Origin: Nanobdellota archaeon
GTDB lineage: Archaea > Nanobdellota > Nanobdellia > Pacearchaeales > GW2011-AR1
NCBI GenBank assembly: GCA_028867075.1
Contig: JAGWGZ010000001.1
Coordinates: forward strand, 26,660 to 90,659
Reading direction: 5' to 3'
DNA length: 64,000 nucleotides
How positions within the stretch are numbered: position 1 is the first letter of the stretch; every line of letters begins with the position of its first letter. A model generated the notes under the pieces. That model saw only the letters and a list, made by a program, of their open reading frames with translations. It did not search any database and was not told the DNA's origin. Of the stretch, positions 10,074 through 20,256 are shown piece after piece. The position numbers and the translations under genes were made by a program.

Positions 10074-10265
10074 ATGGCAAGGTTAAAAGGGCTGATGTTT
10101 CTTCTTTATCTGATTTTTGGATTGTATTTTATAAACTATTCACTCAACTTAATTACTCTTCCAGGCTTTTTTTCAAGCATAGACCAATGGATAATCCTCG
10201 TCGGCGGACTGCTGATAATTCTCGGCGGGATCAACCAGATGGGATTGAACAAATTTGCCCCGTAA
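10074..10265 (+). CDS. small two-TM membrane protein (first gene of giant-protein locus)
   Basis: 63 aa, two hydrophobic helices; TATA-like AT-rich promoter upstream at 10030-10060. Confidence 0.35.
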   Translation: MARLKGLMFLLYLIFGLYFINYSLNLITLPGFFSSIDQWIILVGGLLIILGGINQMGLNKFAP

Positions 10266-10305
10266 TCACACTAAGATTTATATATCTCTTTCTCATCATT
10301 TTCCC

Positions 10306-12213
10306 ATGAAGCCGGAGGTGACTTATAGAAGGAATTTTGCTTCAAAAAGAGCTCATTCACACTTATTTTGCAGTTTTTTTCTGAAAAATCGCAGAGGCCA
10401 GGTTACGCTTTTTGTCATTCTTGCAATAATAATCCTTGCAGCTGTCGCAGGATTCTTGATTTATAAGAGTACCTTGCCGCCGGTTGTCCAGATTCCATCG
10501 GAGTTTCAGCCGATTTACAATACTTTCCTTTCATGCGTTCAAAGCACAACCCTTTCCGGGATAAGCATTCTTGAAAGTCAAGGGGGTTATATCTATCTTC
10601 CTGCATTTCAGCAGGGCTCCTCGTACATGCCGTTTTCATCGCAGCTTAATTTTTTGGGGAACCCGATTCCTTATTGGTATTACGTCTCAGGAAATAATAT
10701 AGCGACACAACAAGTTCCGTCCGAATCCGGAATGGAAGCGCAGCTCGCGCAGTTTATTAACCAGAATATAAGAAACTGCAATCTCGCACAGTATACTGAT
10801 GAAGGATATGTTGTTCAGATGGGTCAGCCAAGTGCAAGCGTCAGCATAAAATCAGATACTGTTGATGTGAATCTTGCAATGAACATGAACATCAGTAAGG
10901 GGAACTCAAGCATTTTTGTAAGCAACCACAATTCAAATGTGAACTCCGAACTCGGAAACTTATACTCTGATGCGCAGACAGTTTACCAATATGAACAATC
11001 AAATATGTTCCTTGAAAATTATACTCTTGATACAATCAGAAATTATGCTCCTGTCGACGGGGTTGACATAAAATGTTCCCCCGAAGTTTGGAATGCTTAT
11101 GGCATTGTCGCAAACCTAAGCCAGGCAATCCAGGACAATATAATGTCCCTTCATACAGGGAATAATGCAACGGATTATTTTTCATTGAAGATTCCTGTTC
11201 AGAATGTGAGATTTTTGACTTCTTCAGGTTGGCCAAGCGATTATGAAATTAATCCCTCTGAAGGAAGCCTGCTTGTTGCACAGCCGATAGGAAATCAGCA
11301 GGGACTGGGCTTATTGGGATTCTGTTATGTTCCTTATCATTTTGTATATGATGTAAAATACCCGGTCCTTGTGACTTTGCAAAGAGGAAGTGAAATTTTC
11401 CAATTCCCGTTTGCCGTCGTTATTCAGGGAAATGAGCCGCGGACATCTCTTGTTGGAAATGCGACATCTGTTTCAGCCCCTGTGCTCTGCCAGAATGAGA
11501 ATACAAATATGACTGTAAGCGTCCAGGATTCAAATTCAAATCCGGTAGATGCGAATATTTCCTACGAGTGTTTCGGAGAAACATGCAGCATCGGGGAGAC
11601 CAGATCAGGGAGCATTAATGCTCTTTTCCCCCAATGCGTCAATGGTTATGTCCTTGCCTCTGCCCCAGGATTTGTAACCGGGAAATATCAGCTCACAACC
11701 ACACAATCAGGAAGCATTTCTGTTGTGCTGAATAAGTTGTATAACGAATCTGTTGATTTGCAGATTGACGGAAAGGAATATACCGGAAACATGGCTCTTA
11801 TTACCTTCACATCTTCGGATGGAAGTTCGCAGACAATTAATTATCCCGCTCAAAAGAGCATAGGCCTGAGCGAGGGAGATTACACAATACAGGTTTCTGC
11901 TTATGATAACTCTTCAATAAATCTCGGCGCGACTACCGGACAGCAATGCATTAATGTAGCCGGGAATGCAGTGGAAGGAGCTTTGGGCGTGACACAGCAG
12001 CAGTGTTTTAGTGTAAATGTTCCAAGCCAGGTAATATCAAGCGCTCTTTCGGGAGGAGGACAAGCAGAGACTTATATCTTTGAATCAGACCTCCAGAATT
12101 CAAACACGATCAGGATAAATGCCCAATCTCTCCCTGCACCGACAACCATAGCACAACTCCAGAATAATTATGTTCTGCTTGAAAATAAAACAGTATCGGT
12201 AAATTTTGCATAA
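10306..12213 (+). CDS. secreted/anchored N/Q/S/T-rich surface protein (about 635 aa)
   Basis: ATG at 10306; the track's 10255 start is a TTG overlapping the upstream ORF. N-terminal TM/signal anchor VTLFVILAIIILAAVAGFLIY; composition similar to the downstream giant protein. Confidence 0.6.
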   Translation: MKPEVTYRRNFASKRAHSHLFCSFFLKNRRGQVTLFVILAIIILAAVAGFLIYKSTLPPVVQIPSEFQPIYNTFLSCVQSTTLSGISILESQGGYIYLPAFQQGSSYMPFSSQLNFLGNPIPYWYYVSGNNIATQQVPSESGMEAQLAQFINQNIRNCNLAQYTDEGYVVQMGQPSASVSIKSDTVDVNLAMNMNISKGNSSIFVSNHNSNVNSELGNLYSDAQTVYQYEQSNMFLENYTLDTIRNYAPVDGVDIKCSPEVWNAYGIVANLSQAIQDNIMSLHTGNNATDYFSLKIPVQNVRFLTSSGWPSDYEINPSEGSLLVAQPIGNQQGLGLLGFCYVPYHFVYDVKYPVLVTLQRGSEIFQFPFAVVIQGNEPRTSLVGNATSVSAPVLCQNENTNMTVSVQDSNSNPVDANISYECFGETCSIGETRSGSINALFPQCVNGYVLASAPGFVTGKYQLTTTQSGSISVVLNKLYNESVDLQIDGKEYTGNMALITFTSSDGSSQTINYPAQKSIGLSEGDYTIQVSAYDNSSINLGATTGQQCINVAGNAVEGALGVTQQQCFSVNVPSQVISSALSGGGQAETYIFESDLQNSNTIRINAQSLPAPTTIAQLQNNYVLLENKTVSVNFA

Positions 12214-15200
12214 ATGAAAAATAAAATGATGCTGAGAATTGAAATTTTATTAGTGGTAGCTGCTGCACTCTCACTCATATTGTTTGCAAATCCTGTTCTT
12301 GCATTCTCTGATTCAACTTTTCAGACCTCTGCATTTAACAATCTTATTTCTCCAACCGCAAGTTCTGGTTTTGACAATTCAATGTGCCAACAAGGGCAGG
12401 ATTTTATCCTTCAGATCTCTCCGACAGGATGCATGCCTGCAGTTGTAAGGAGCGATTTGCTTGAACAGCAGGATGTTCCCGTAATGTGCCCTATTGTAGC
12501 GACGCAGATAAATCCCCTGATAAGCGTAAATTCAATACAGGGAATGACTATTTCTGTTTCAGGAAATGCTTCCCGGTATGTCAATACTGCCGGATTTTAT
12601 CCTGCACAGGCAGCTCTTAACTTGCAGGGGCAGCAGAACACATATCCCCTCCTGAGCAATGTAGGATATGCTGTTATAGACCTGAAGCAGATGCCGAACG
12701 AATCTTCAATGCCTGACTTTGTATCAGGAAATCTGACAGCGACGATAAATTACAATGCGCAGAACATTTTTGGGGGAAATTCCAATTTTTACATTCCTGT
12801 AATGTCTGATTCTGACTGGCAGAATAATTATCCGGATTATAATTTCTGGAATAGTAAAGGCTATCTGAGAGTGACCAGCATACAAAATGACAATGCAAAC
12901 ATAAATGTTTACGGGACAAATCTGAATCAGCTTTCAAGCCTTAATCTCAAGACAGGCCAGACATCAGGCAACATTGCCATTCCTGGATTTGACTTTTGTT
13001 CTGCAACAATGCAGATTAAACTGAACAGTTTGCAGAATGCAAACACAATGGCTAATCTTGAAGTGAACGGGAATCCAGTTACTGTTGAAAAAGGCGGGCA
13101 GTTTATCGATAACAACTGTCAGGTTTCAAACATTTATCAGCAGGGGCTTTCTCAGGATGTGCAGATAGGATGCAATACTGATTCTGGAAATAAAAATTTT
13201 GACCTGAGGGTTGCACCGAAATTAGTCATGAATATTAATGGGCAGACAAGAACAGTCGGCCTTGGCGATTATCTGTACACCATTCCGGGCGATCCTAACG
13301 CAATAACAGACGCGGGAAAATCAGTTTTCCTTGCTTATATCGGAAGCAATAACACGAAAGGCGATCTGAACGGATTGTATGTTTACCTTGTTGCACTCCC
13401 AAAAAATGCGTTGCAGAGTGAGAGCTCTCTTACTAACGATGAGCTTTCTTCAATAGCAAGCTGGGTTCAACATGAAAATCTGGACTTCAAGGTAGGAATG
13501 AGTGGAATTTTGAGCGGCCTGCTTGATGTTGGGAAAGTTTTTGCCGGAACTACTGAATCGATTCTGAGGTATATTATCTCAGGGCAGGATCTTGCTCTTT
13601 TGCCTTATAATCCTTCAATGATAGCATCCAATCAGAATATTCCTCCCTTTCAGCAGGGCGCGGAACAGAGCGTGAGTATTGTGAGTTTTGCAGCAGGAAG
13701 CGATATGCTCCTTCAATCTCCTGTGAATCAATATTACCAGAATGCAACAAAAGATTATCAGGCAATACAAAATAATTACAAAACAGAAACATATTCTTCT
13801 GCAGGAACAGCAACTCTTGGAGAACAAGCCCTATATCAGCAAATGTCTCTTGCTTATAATCTTGGAGAGAAATATACGCTGAATACTCTTTGCAATCAGT
13901 TTGAGCAGCAATACCCGAAATCAACTTATGATACAAGCTTCTGCAGCGGTTTGCAGATTTCAAGCCAAACATCAGCAAGCCAGTTGATTTCCATAAATGG
14001 GCAATCATACCAGATAAATCTTAAAAGCGTTTATACTCCGACGTACAATGATTATGGGGCACAGATTCTTGTTAAGTATAAGGACGGGAGTTCAAAACAA
14101 TTTGATTTGGGTCAGAATGAGATGCAAACCATAAATGATACCTCCGGAGAATTTATGCAACTTGTTTCACTCACTCCAACCACAGCAACAGTTTCCGGGA
14201 ATATAAAAGCGTTCTCTTCCAATACTGTGACTCTGACAGAGAATGTTCCTGCAGTGTTCGGTAATTATGTGCTTACATTACAGAACGTGAATCTCAAACA
14301 ATTTGCAGACATCTCTGTTATTTCAAATCTTAACACTGCCGGCGCCAGGGCAAATGTTTCATTCAATATCAGCATTGAAAAAAGGCTGATACAGCTAAAT
14401 CCGGACAAGGTAAAACAGCAGATTTCAGATCTTAATTCAACAATTTCAACATGGGAGAGCATTGCGAACACGACCGGCACGGTTGTCCAGGCATTGGGAA
14501 CAGTTTGCCAGGATGTTGGAATAGGTCTGACTGTAAAAAATCTTCTTACAAATCTTTTCACAATGACGGGAACTGCAAGACAGATCGTGATGACTGGCGC
14601 GGGGGGATGGAACTCAAAATGCCAGACCCTCATTAATAACGGAAAATATTCCACTCTTGACCAGTGTTTTAATGACAATTCAAAGCAGATAGACTCCGAT
14701 GTAAGTCAGATGAGCCAATTCATGCAGAGCCAGAATGCAGGGATACAGAATCTGCAAAAAGATTATACGCAGCCTGCAAGCAACATTGTCGGGCAGGTTT
14801 TCCAGGGAAGCACAGTCAATACAGACAAGTTCATGAGCAGTTATCTTCCGCAGATTCAGTCATGTCTTGCTAATATGGGAACGGTTGCAAGCTCCTCAGA
14901 CTCAAGCAAGACAATAACATCTTCTCAGGCGCAGAACCTATTGATTTACCAGTATTATACAAATAATTTCTTCAGCCTTTCTGACGCGCGAAATGTTGAA
15001 TTGTACTGCAACATACTGAATTCTAATGACGCAAGCACTTCATTGAAGGCAATAGCACAACAAGGGATGTATTCAACACTTTCTGGAATCCAGCAAAATT
15101 CAAACACTTTCCAGCAACAACAGACTATTGCAGCAAAGCTAAATGTTCCAAGCAGTGTTGTTTTCACGGGCTCTCTGCAGCAGAATTCCAGGCCGATATC

Positions 15201-18200
15201 AATAACAGCCCCACAATCTTTTGGAACAAGTCCGTTTACAAACACAAATCTAAATGGTTTACCAGCCGGTTCTCATTGCGACTCCAATCCCCAATGCCAG
15301 AGCGGAGATTGCGATCCAACATTGAAGGTCTGCATTGGTAATCCTTCAATCGATCCAAGCAGTTATTACTTCATTTACAATGATCAGAGCAGTAGCAATT
15401 CATACCTGGTTGATTATAACGCAGATGGAATTGTTCAGGGAACTTATCTTATTAACACTGCAAGCAATACCCTTTCTCAGATAACAGATGCAAAAGGAAA
15501 TATTCAGAAGAATTATTTTAATTTTGCCATCAAGATTTATTCTGCGGGGAGCTACCAGAATGAATACAAGAACCCGACTGTCCAATATTTTGAAACCTCG
15601 CCATATCAGGGAATGCCTGCAATTGTTCCGTTTGATTTGAAGAACGGGTGGTATGCTGCTGTCCGGCAGGTTCTTCCGACAGGAGGGAATAGCGCGACAC
15701 AGTCATATACAGCGGCAGGACAAGTGCAAAGTTTCTATTTATGCAATGTCGGCCCAAACGGGTTGGAAGATGGAATAAACAACGGAGATGATATTTGCGA
15801 GGGAATAAATCTCGGAACAAACCAGCCATACAATCAGTTCCCCGGAATTACCGATCCGAACCAGGCTTCACAGTTGGTTAACAGTGCAGAGTCTGCCATA
15901 AAACAGGCTGCACAGGCAAGGGCAAACAATCCAAGCGGTTTGACTTATGTCACTATAAATAATCAGAGAATAAAAGTAGGTGCACCCGCAACTTCCACAC
16001 CGCAGATACAGTGCACTGATTTCATGTCTCCGACTGATTGCAACATCCTCTTCAATGCCTGCGACCCTGTTGTCTGTCCCGCAAGCAGATGCGACTTCGG
16101 TGGAGCTTATCATGTTCAGGATGTTGTGCAAAGCGGAATAATAGGAAGCATTGCTTTGTGCCTTCCGAATTATAAAGAAGGAATCGCAGTGCCCGTCTGC
16201 CTTACAGGAATCCAGGCAGGTGTGGAGAATATAATTTCGTACCAAAAAGCATACAGAGATTGCCTTCAGAATAATCTTAACACGGGACAAACGACAGGAA
16301 TCTGCAATGAGATATTAAGTATTTATCTTTGCCAGGATTTGTGGCAGCAGGCGCAACCTCTTGCAAATCTCGCAGTCTCAAAAGTTACGCAGACTGTTTT
16401 AGGGCAGAATAATGCCGGCGGGGGAGAATATATGTCTGTACAAAATGCTTACAATACTGCGCAGCAATCGTTCAACTATATCACTAATTACTATGCTTCC
16501 AGTTCTTCAAAGTCTTTCAGCAGTCTGTCAACACAGAATCTAGGGGCGACTGTCTGCCAGAATTTCCCATCAATCGTATTTCCGAACAGCGCAAACATGC
16601 TCACGCAGCTTTCAGCTATTGATTCTCCACCTCAGTTTTCAGGAAATTTCCAGGAGATTCCTTTCTCAAGCGCGACTGTCCCACCGACTTCGCAATACCA
16701 AGTTTATTATCACATCTATGCGGGGCAGAACTCAGGTGCTTATTACAGTGTTTATTTGCAAAGATCTTCTGGAAGCGGAAGCTCTTACTATCAGGATACT
16801 TCTGCTATACGGCAGACTGATTCCGGTTATATTGACACCGGCAGTTACCAAGACCAGACAAAAGATTTCACGGCGCCTTCCGGATATGACCAGTTGTGCA
16901 TAAATGTCAACGGGCAGGTTGACTGCGGATTCAAGCAGGTGTCAACATCTCTAGTGCCAAATTACATTCAGGCGCAATACCTTGCGGACCAGGCAAATAA
17001 TACACAGATAACAACTGAATCGCAGTGCGTTTCAGGAACAATTGACACTTCAAGTTTGTTACAGGCTTTGAATCCGAATGTCCAGAATGCAGTGCAGAAT
17101 GCTGCAAGCCCGCAACTTTACAATCAGGGAATAACAAGAATCTGCGCTACAGGAAATCCAGGACAGGGAAGCGATCCTTATGCAGGAACGCAGAATTCAC
17201 GATGGATTAAAGTAGGTTCATGCGGAAGCCAGAATCTTTCATGCTGGCTTGATACACAAAGCGTTAAGAATGCCATTAATGCTCCGGACTTAGCGTCTTA
17301 TCTTGCAAACGGAACAACGCAAAATCTGGGAAATGCAACGTTGCAAAGCCTGCAGTCCAGTTATCTTTCTGTTCTATTGAGCCAAAGCGGATATTTGAGC
17401 AATGACCAGTTTACAAGCAGTATACAGGATATTCAGTCGCAGACAGATTTAACGCAGAAAATAAACACAATAAATAATGTAATAAATAAAGTGTTCTATA
17501 ATAATCAGAAAGCATATCTGCTTTTCCTTAGGGGACTGGCTTATGGACAGCTGGCTCTGAAATCTTATTCAGCAAGTATTCCGGCCAGTGGTGCAGGCCA
17601 ATTTACAAGTTATCAGGATTGCATGTCTAAGATTGCAAGCAACTCTGTCTGCAGTGCAATGTTCCCTGTTTCTTCTGGACAGGGGAATTCACAGGGGGCT
17701 CCAACAGGAACGCTCCTGCCTGTTGGTTCTGCTTGCACAAAGGATTCTGATTGCCAGAGCGGGAGTTGTGTTGACACCGGAGATGCAACACTTGGAAAGA
17801 GATGCGCCGCTTCAACAAACATTCCCAACGGGGTTACTCTCTCAAGCCTTTCAAATGCAATGTCTTCACCGGAACTTAACTGTCAGTGCGGAAATAACTG
17901 CGAGCAGTATGCGCAATCCTTAATCAATGCCGCAAACACATATCATGTTAATCTTGTTCTCTTGCTTTCAATCATGGTCCAAGAATCTCATTGCAATGTT
18001 AATGCACAAACTTCTCCTGATTCTTCAGGATATTCTTCAATTGGATTAATGCAAATTTATAACAGCCCAAGTAACCTTCAGCAATATTGCGTTGGAAAAA
18101 TAAGCGGGATAAGCAGTGCAAGTGATATAACCGGTGCTGTAAATTATGATAAGAACATCCAGTGTGGCGCTTCTGTCTTGAAGAGCAAATATGCAGAGAG

Positions 18201-20250
18201 GCCTGCTCCGCAAACCTATACCTGTGATGGTGTCACAAAAACTTATTCAACTCCTTCTGATGCGGCCGTAAGAGGGTACATTGGATACGGGTGCACAAAT
18301 AATCCAAGCATAGACGTCCCGAGTTATGTTGATGATGTTAATCAGAGGTATAATCTCATAATGAGCATAATAAATCCGCAGCAGAGTACAGCAACGGCAT
18401 TGTATCAGACAGCTGCATATTCCCCTGATTTTGTTTCCCCCGTATTTAATTATAATAGTCTTTATTATGAATTTTCAGGAGGAACCTGGCAGTGGTCAAA
18501 TGATGGAAAAAAGTGGAATAATCTTGTGAACTCAGGAAGTTTAAGCGGAAGCAATTCAGTCATTGTCCAAAATTTAAATGGTAGATCATATGAGCAAGGA
18601 TTAAAAATATTAATTGATAGCGAACTTTCAAGTACTGGTGTTAAGGTCCCACTTATAAATTTGGCTCTCCCTATAGGTTATCCAATGCTTTCAACCCAAT
18701 ATGTTTCAATGGATCATAATGGACAGTTTAATTTCCTTTATTCCAAAGATAGAAGTTTCCCATTTTATTTCAAATTCTTAAATGGTAAGTGGATGTGGGA
18801 GACTAGTTCTAATTTAAATGGATGGATGGACACCAGTATCTCAAGCACAACTGTTGAGAGCGCGGGTGCCCCCCCAATGCTGACAAGTTTCTTAAGTAAT
18901 CTTGACCTTTACCAAGGTGCAGAAGCTTTGTTCAACAGCGGAGGAGATGATACTATCCCTGTTTCAGTTCCAACCTCCGCTTTTGATTATACCCCTTCCC
19001 TTCCTTCAACACCCATAACACCAAGTTCACAAACCCAAACCTCTTCAACAGCCCAGACACCTTCGACGTCTTCTATATCCCAATCACAGATATCCTCAGA
19101 TGATATAGGTTCTTATAACAATTTTGCATCTTTATTTAGTCAGTATTCACAGTCTAATCTTCCAAATGTGGTGATTGCACCTGCTCCAGGGAAATCTTTT
19201 TCTTCTGAAAGCGTTACAGGTCCAAGTACAAACGATATTTATTGGACGCAAAATGATTTTGAGGCTTTATTGATTTCAATTGCGCAGCAAAATGAATGGG
19301 GGCAGTTTGACACAAGTGGCAGCTGGTTGATGGGATATAGAGCTGGAAATCCTCACTATCAAACTGCAGATATCCAGATACGGGCCACCTCACTTATTTT
19401 AGAATCAGCAATACAAGGGGAAGGTAATTCTCTTGCGGACCAAGCAGGAAAGATTGTATCTTATGACTCTTGCAAACAATATTATAGAGTTGATACCACC
19501 AAGCAAATTTCATGCATATTGAGTATTTATCACACTGGAAGTTATTATACAGGGTTTTGGTTTACCGGAATAGGTGCAAATAAAGACGGAAACAATTATG
19601 CATCAAATGTCCTTGGAAACTGGACGTTATGGAAAAATTACCTAAGTTTGCAGCAAGGATCATCATCACAAACTCCCTCTTCTTCTAGTTCATCTGCAAA
19701 TTTAAATCCCACTTCTGCTCTTCCAGTCTCTCAATATAGTCCTTTCTCTGGCGTTTTTGCAAATTATGCGCAGGTTAATCTCCCTAATTCTGTTCTTGTG
19801 CCTGGTTCAATAATTGGTCCAAGTTCTAATGATGTCTATTGGAGTCAGAATGATTTCAAAGCTCTACTGGTAGCAATTGCGCAAATGAATAATTTTGGAA
19901 TTAATAGTAATGGTGATGGTATGATGGGTTATAGTCTGAGTTCTAGTTCAAGCCTTGATAAATATAATCAAATTAACATCGTCTCTTCAGCTTTAAAATC
20001 CGCAATTGAAGGAACAGGAAGTTCGCAGCCAGACCAAGCAGGGAATCTTGTTTCATATAATACCTGTAATCAATATTATAGAATAAATATGAATAATCAA
20101 CTGACATGTATCTTAAATATCTATAAGACGGGAATGAGTTCTGACAGCAGCGGGGTAGCTTATGCAAATAACGTCTTGAGTCTCGCAAAGATATGGGATG
20201 ATTACTTTAGCAGTAGTGGATCTAGTAATCTCGACCAACTTGCACTATAA
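12214..20250 (+). CDS. giant (2678 aa) secreted N/Q/S/T-rich surface protein with Cys-rich modules and an SLT/lytic-transglycosylase-like domain
   Basis: Signal peptide MKNKMMLRIEILLVVAAALSLILFANPVLA. Repeated C..(S/D)..CQSG.C motifs. Segment VQESHC...GYSSIGLMQIYN matches the E-S...GLMQ catalytic signature of the SLT lysozyme-like fold. C-terminal ~170-aa tandem duplication. Confidence 0.8.
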   Translation: MKNKMMLRIEILLVVAAALSLILFANPVLAFSDSTFQTSAFNNLISPTASSGFDNSMCQQGQDFILQISPTGCMPAVVRSDLLEQQDVPVMCPIVATQINPLISVNSIQGMTISVSGNASRYVNTAGFYPAQAALNLQGQQNTYPLLSNVGYAVIDLKQMPNESSMPDFVSGNLTATINYNAQNIFGGNSNFYIPVMSDSDWQNNYPDYNFWNSKGYLRVTSIQNDNANINVYGTNLNQLSSLNLKTGQTSGNIAIPGFDFCSATMQIKLNSLQNANTMANLEVNGNPVTVEKGGQFIDNNCQVSNIYQQGLSQDVQIGCNTDSGNKNFDLRVAPKLVMNINGQTRTVGLGDYLYTIPGDPNAITDAGKSVFLAYIGSNNTKGDLNGLYVYLVALPKNALQSESSLTNDELSSIASWVQHENLDFKVGMSGILSGLLDVGKVFAGTTESILRYIISGQDLALLPYNPSMIASNQNIPPFQQGAEQSVSIVSFAAGSDMLLQSPVNQYYQNATKDYQAIQNNYKTETYSSAGTATLGEQALYQQMSLAYNLGEKYTLNTLCNQFEQQYPKSTYDTSFCSGLQISSQTSASQLISINGQSYQINLKSVYTPTYNDYGAQILVKYKDGSSKQFDLGQNEMQTINDTSGEFMQLVSLTPTTATVSGNIKAFSSNTVTLTENVPAVFGNYVLTLQNVNLKQFADISVISNLNTAGARANVSFNISIEKRLIQLNPDKVKQQISDLNSTISTWESIANTTGTVVQALGTVCQDVGIGLTVKNLLTNLFTMTGTARQIVMTGAGGWNSKCQTLINNGKYSTLDQCFNDNSKQIDSDVSQMSQFMQSQNAGIQNLQKDYTQPASNIVGQVFQGSTVNTDKFMSSYLPQIQSCLANMGTVASSSDSSKTITSSQAQNLLIYQYYTNNFFSLSDARNVELYCNILNSNDASTSLKAIAQQGMYSTLSGIQQNSNTFQQQQTIAAKLNVPSSVVFTGSLQQNSRPISITAPQSFGTSPFTNTNLNGLPAGSHCDSNPQCQSGDCDPTLKVCIGNPSIDPSSYYFIYNDQSSSNSYLVDYNADGIVQGTYLINTASNTLSQITDAKGNIQKNYFNFAIKIYSAGSYQNEYKNPTVQYFETSPYQGMPAIVPFDLKNGWYAAVRQVLPTGGNSATQSYTAAGQVQSFYLCNVGPNGLEDGINNGDDICEGINLGTNQPYNQFPGITDPNQASQLVNSAESAIKQAAQARANNPSGLTYVTINNQRIKVGAPATSTPQIQCTDFMSPTDCNILFNACDPVVCPASRCDFGGAYHVQDVVQSGIIGSIALCLPNYKEGIAVPVCLTGIQAGVENIISYQKAYRDCLQNNLNTGQTTGICNEILSIYLCQDLWQQAQPLANLAVSKVTQTVLGQNNAGGGEYMSVQNAYNTAQQSFNYITNYYASSSSKSFSSLSTQNLGATVCQNFPSIVFPNSANMLTQLSAIDSPPQFSGNFQEIPFSSATVPPTSQYQVYYHIYAGQNSGAYYSVYLQRSSGSGSSYYQDTSAIRQTDSGYIDTGSYQDQTKDFTAPSGYDQLCINVNGQVDCGFKQVSTSLVPNYIQAQYLADQANNTQITTESQCVSGTIDTSSLLQALNPNVQNAVQNAASPQLYNQGITRICATGNPGQGSDPYAGTQNSRWIKVGSCGSQNLSCWLDTQSVKNAINAPDLASYLANGTTQNLGNATLQSLQSSYLSVLLSQSGYLSNDQFTSSIQDIQSQTDLTQKINTINNVINKVFYNNQKAYLLFLRGLAYGQLALKSYSASIPASGAGQFTSYQDCMSKIASNSVCSAMFPVSSGQGNSQGAPTGTLLPVGSACTKDSDCQSGSCVDTGDATLGKRCAASTNIPNGVTLSSLSNAMSSPELNCQCGNNCEQYAQSLINAANTYHVNLVLLLSIMVQESHCNVNAQTSPDSSGYSSIGLMQIYNSPSNLQQYCVGKISGISSASDITGAVNYDKNIQCGASVLKSKYAERPAPQTYTCDGVTKTYSTPSDAAVRGYIGYGCTNNPSIDVPSYVDDVNQRYNLIMSIINPQQSTATALYQTAAYSPDFVSPVFNYNSLYYEFSGGTWQWSNDGKKWNNLVNSGSLSGSNSVIVQNLNGRSYEQGLKILIDSELSSTGVKVPLINLALPIGYPMLSTQYVSMDHNGQFNFLYSKDRSFPFYFKFLNGKWMWETSSNLNGWMDTSISSTTVESAGAPPMLTSFLSNLDLYQGAEALFNSGGDDTIPVSVPTSAFDYTPSLPSTPITPSSQTQTSSTAQTPSTSSISQSQISSDDIGSYNNFASLFSQYSQSNLPNVVIAPAPGKSFSSESVTGPSTNDIYWTQNDFEALLISIAQQNEWGQFDTSGSWLMGYRAGNPHYQTADIQIRATSLILESAIQGEGNSLADQAGKIVSYDSCKQYYRVDTTKQISCILSIYHTGSYYTGFWFTGIGANKDGNNYASNVLGNWTLWKNYLSLQQGSSSQTPSSSSSSANLNPTSALPVSQYSPFSGVFANYAQVNLPNSVLVPGSIIGPSSNDVYWSQNDFKALLVAIAQMNNFGINSNGDGMMGYSLSSSSSLDKYNQINIVSSALKSAIEGTGSSQPDQAGNLVSYNTCNQYYRINMNNQLTCILNIYKTGMSSDSSGVAYANNVLSLAKIWDDYFSSSGSSNLDQLAL

Positions 20251-20256
20251 TTCTAA

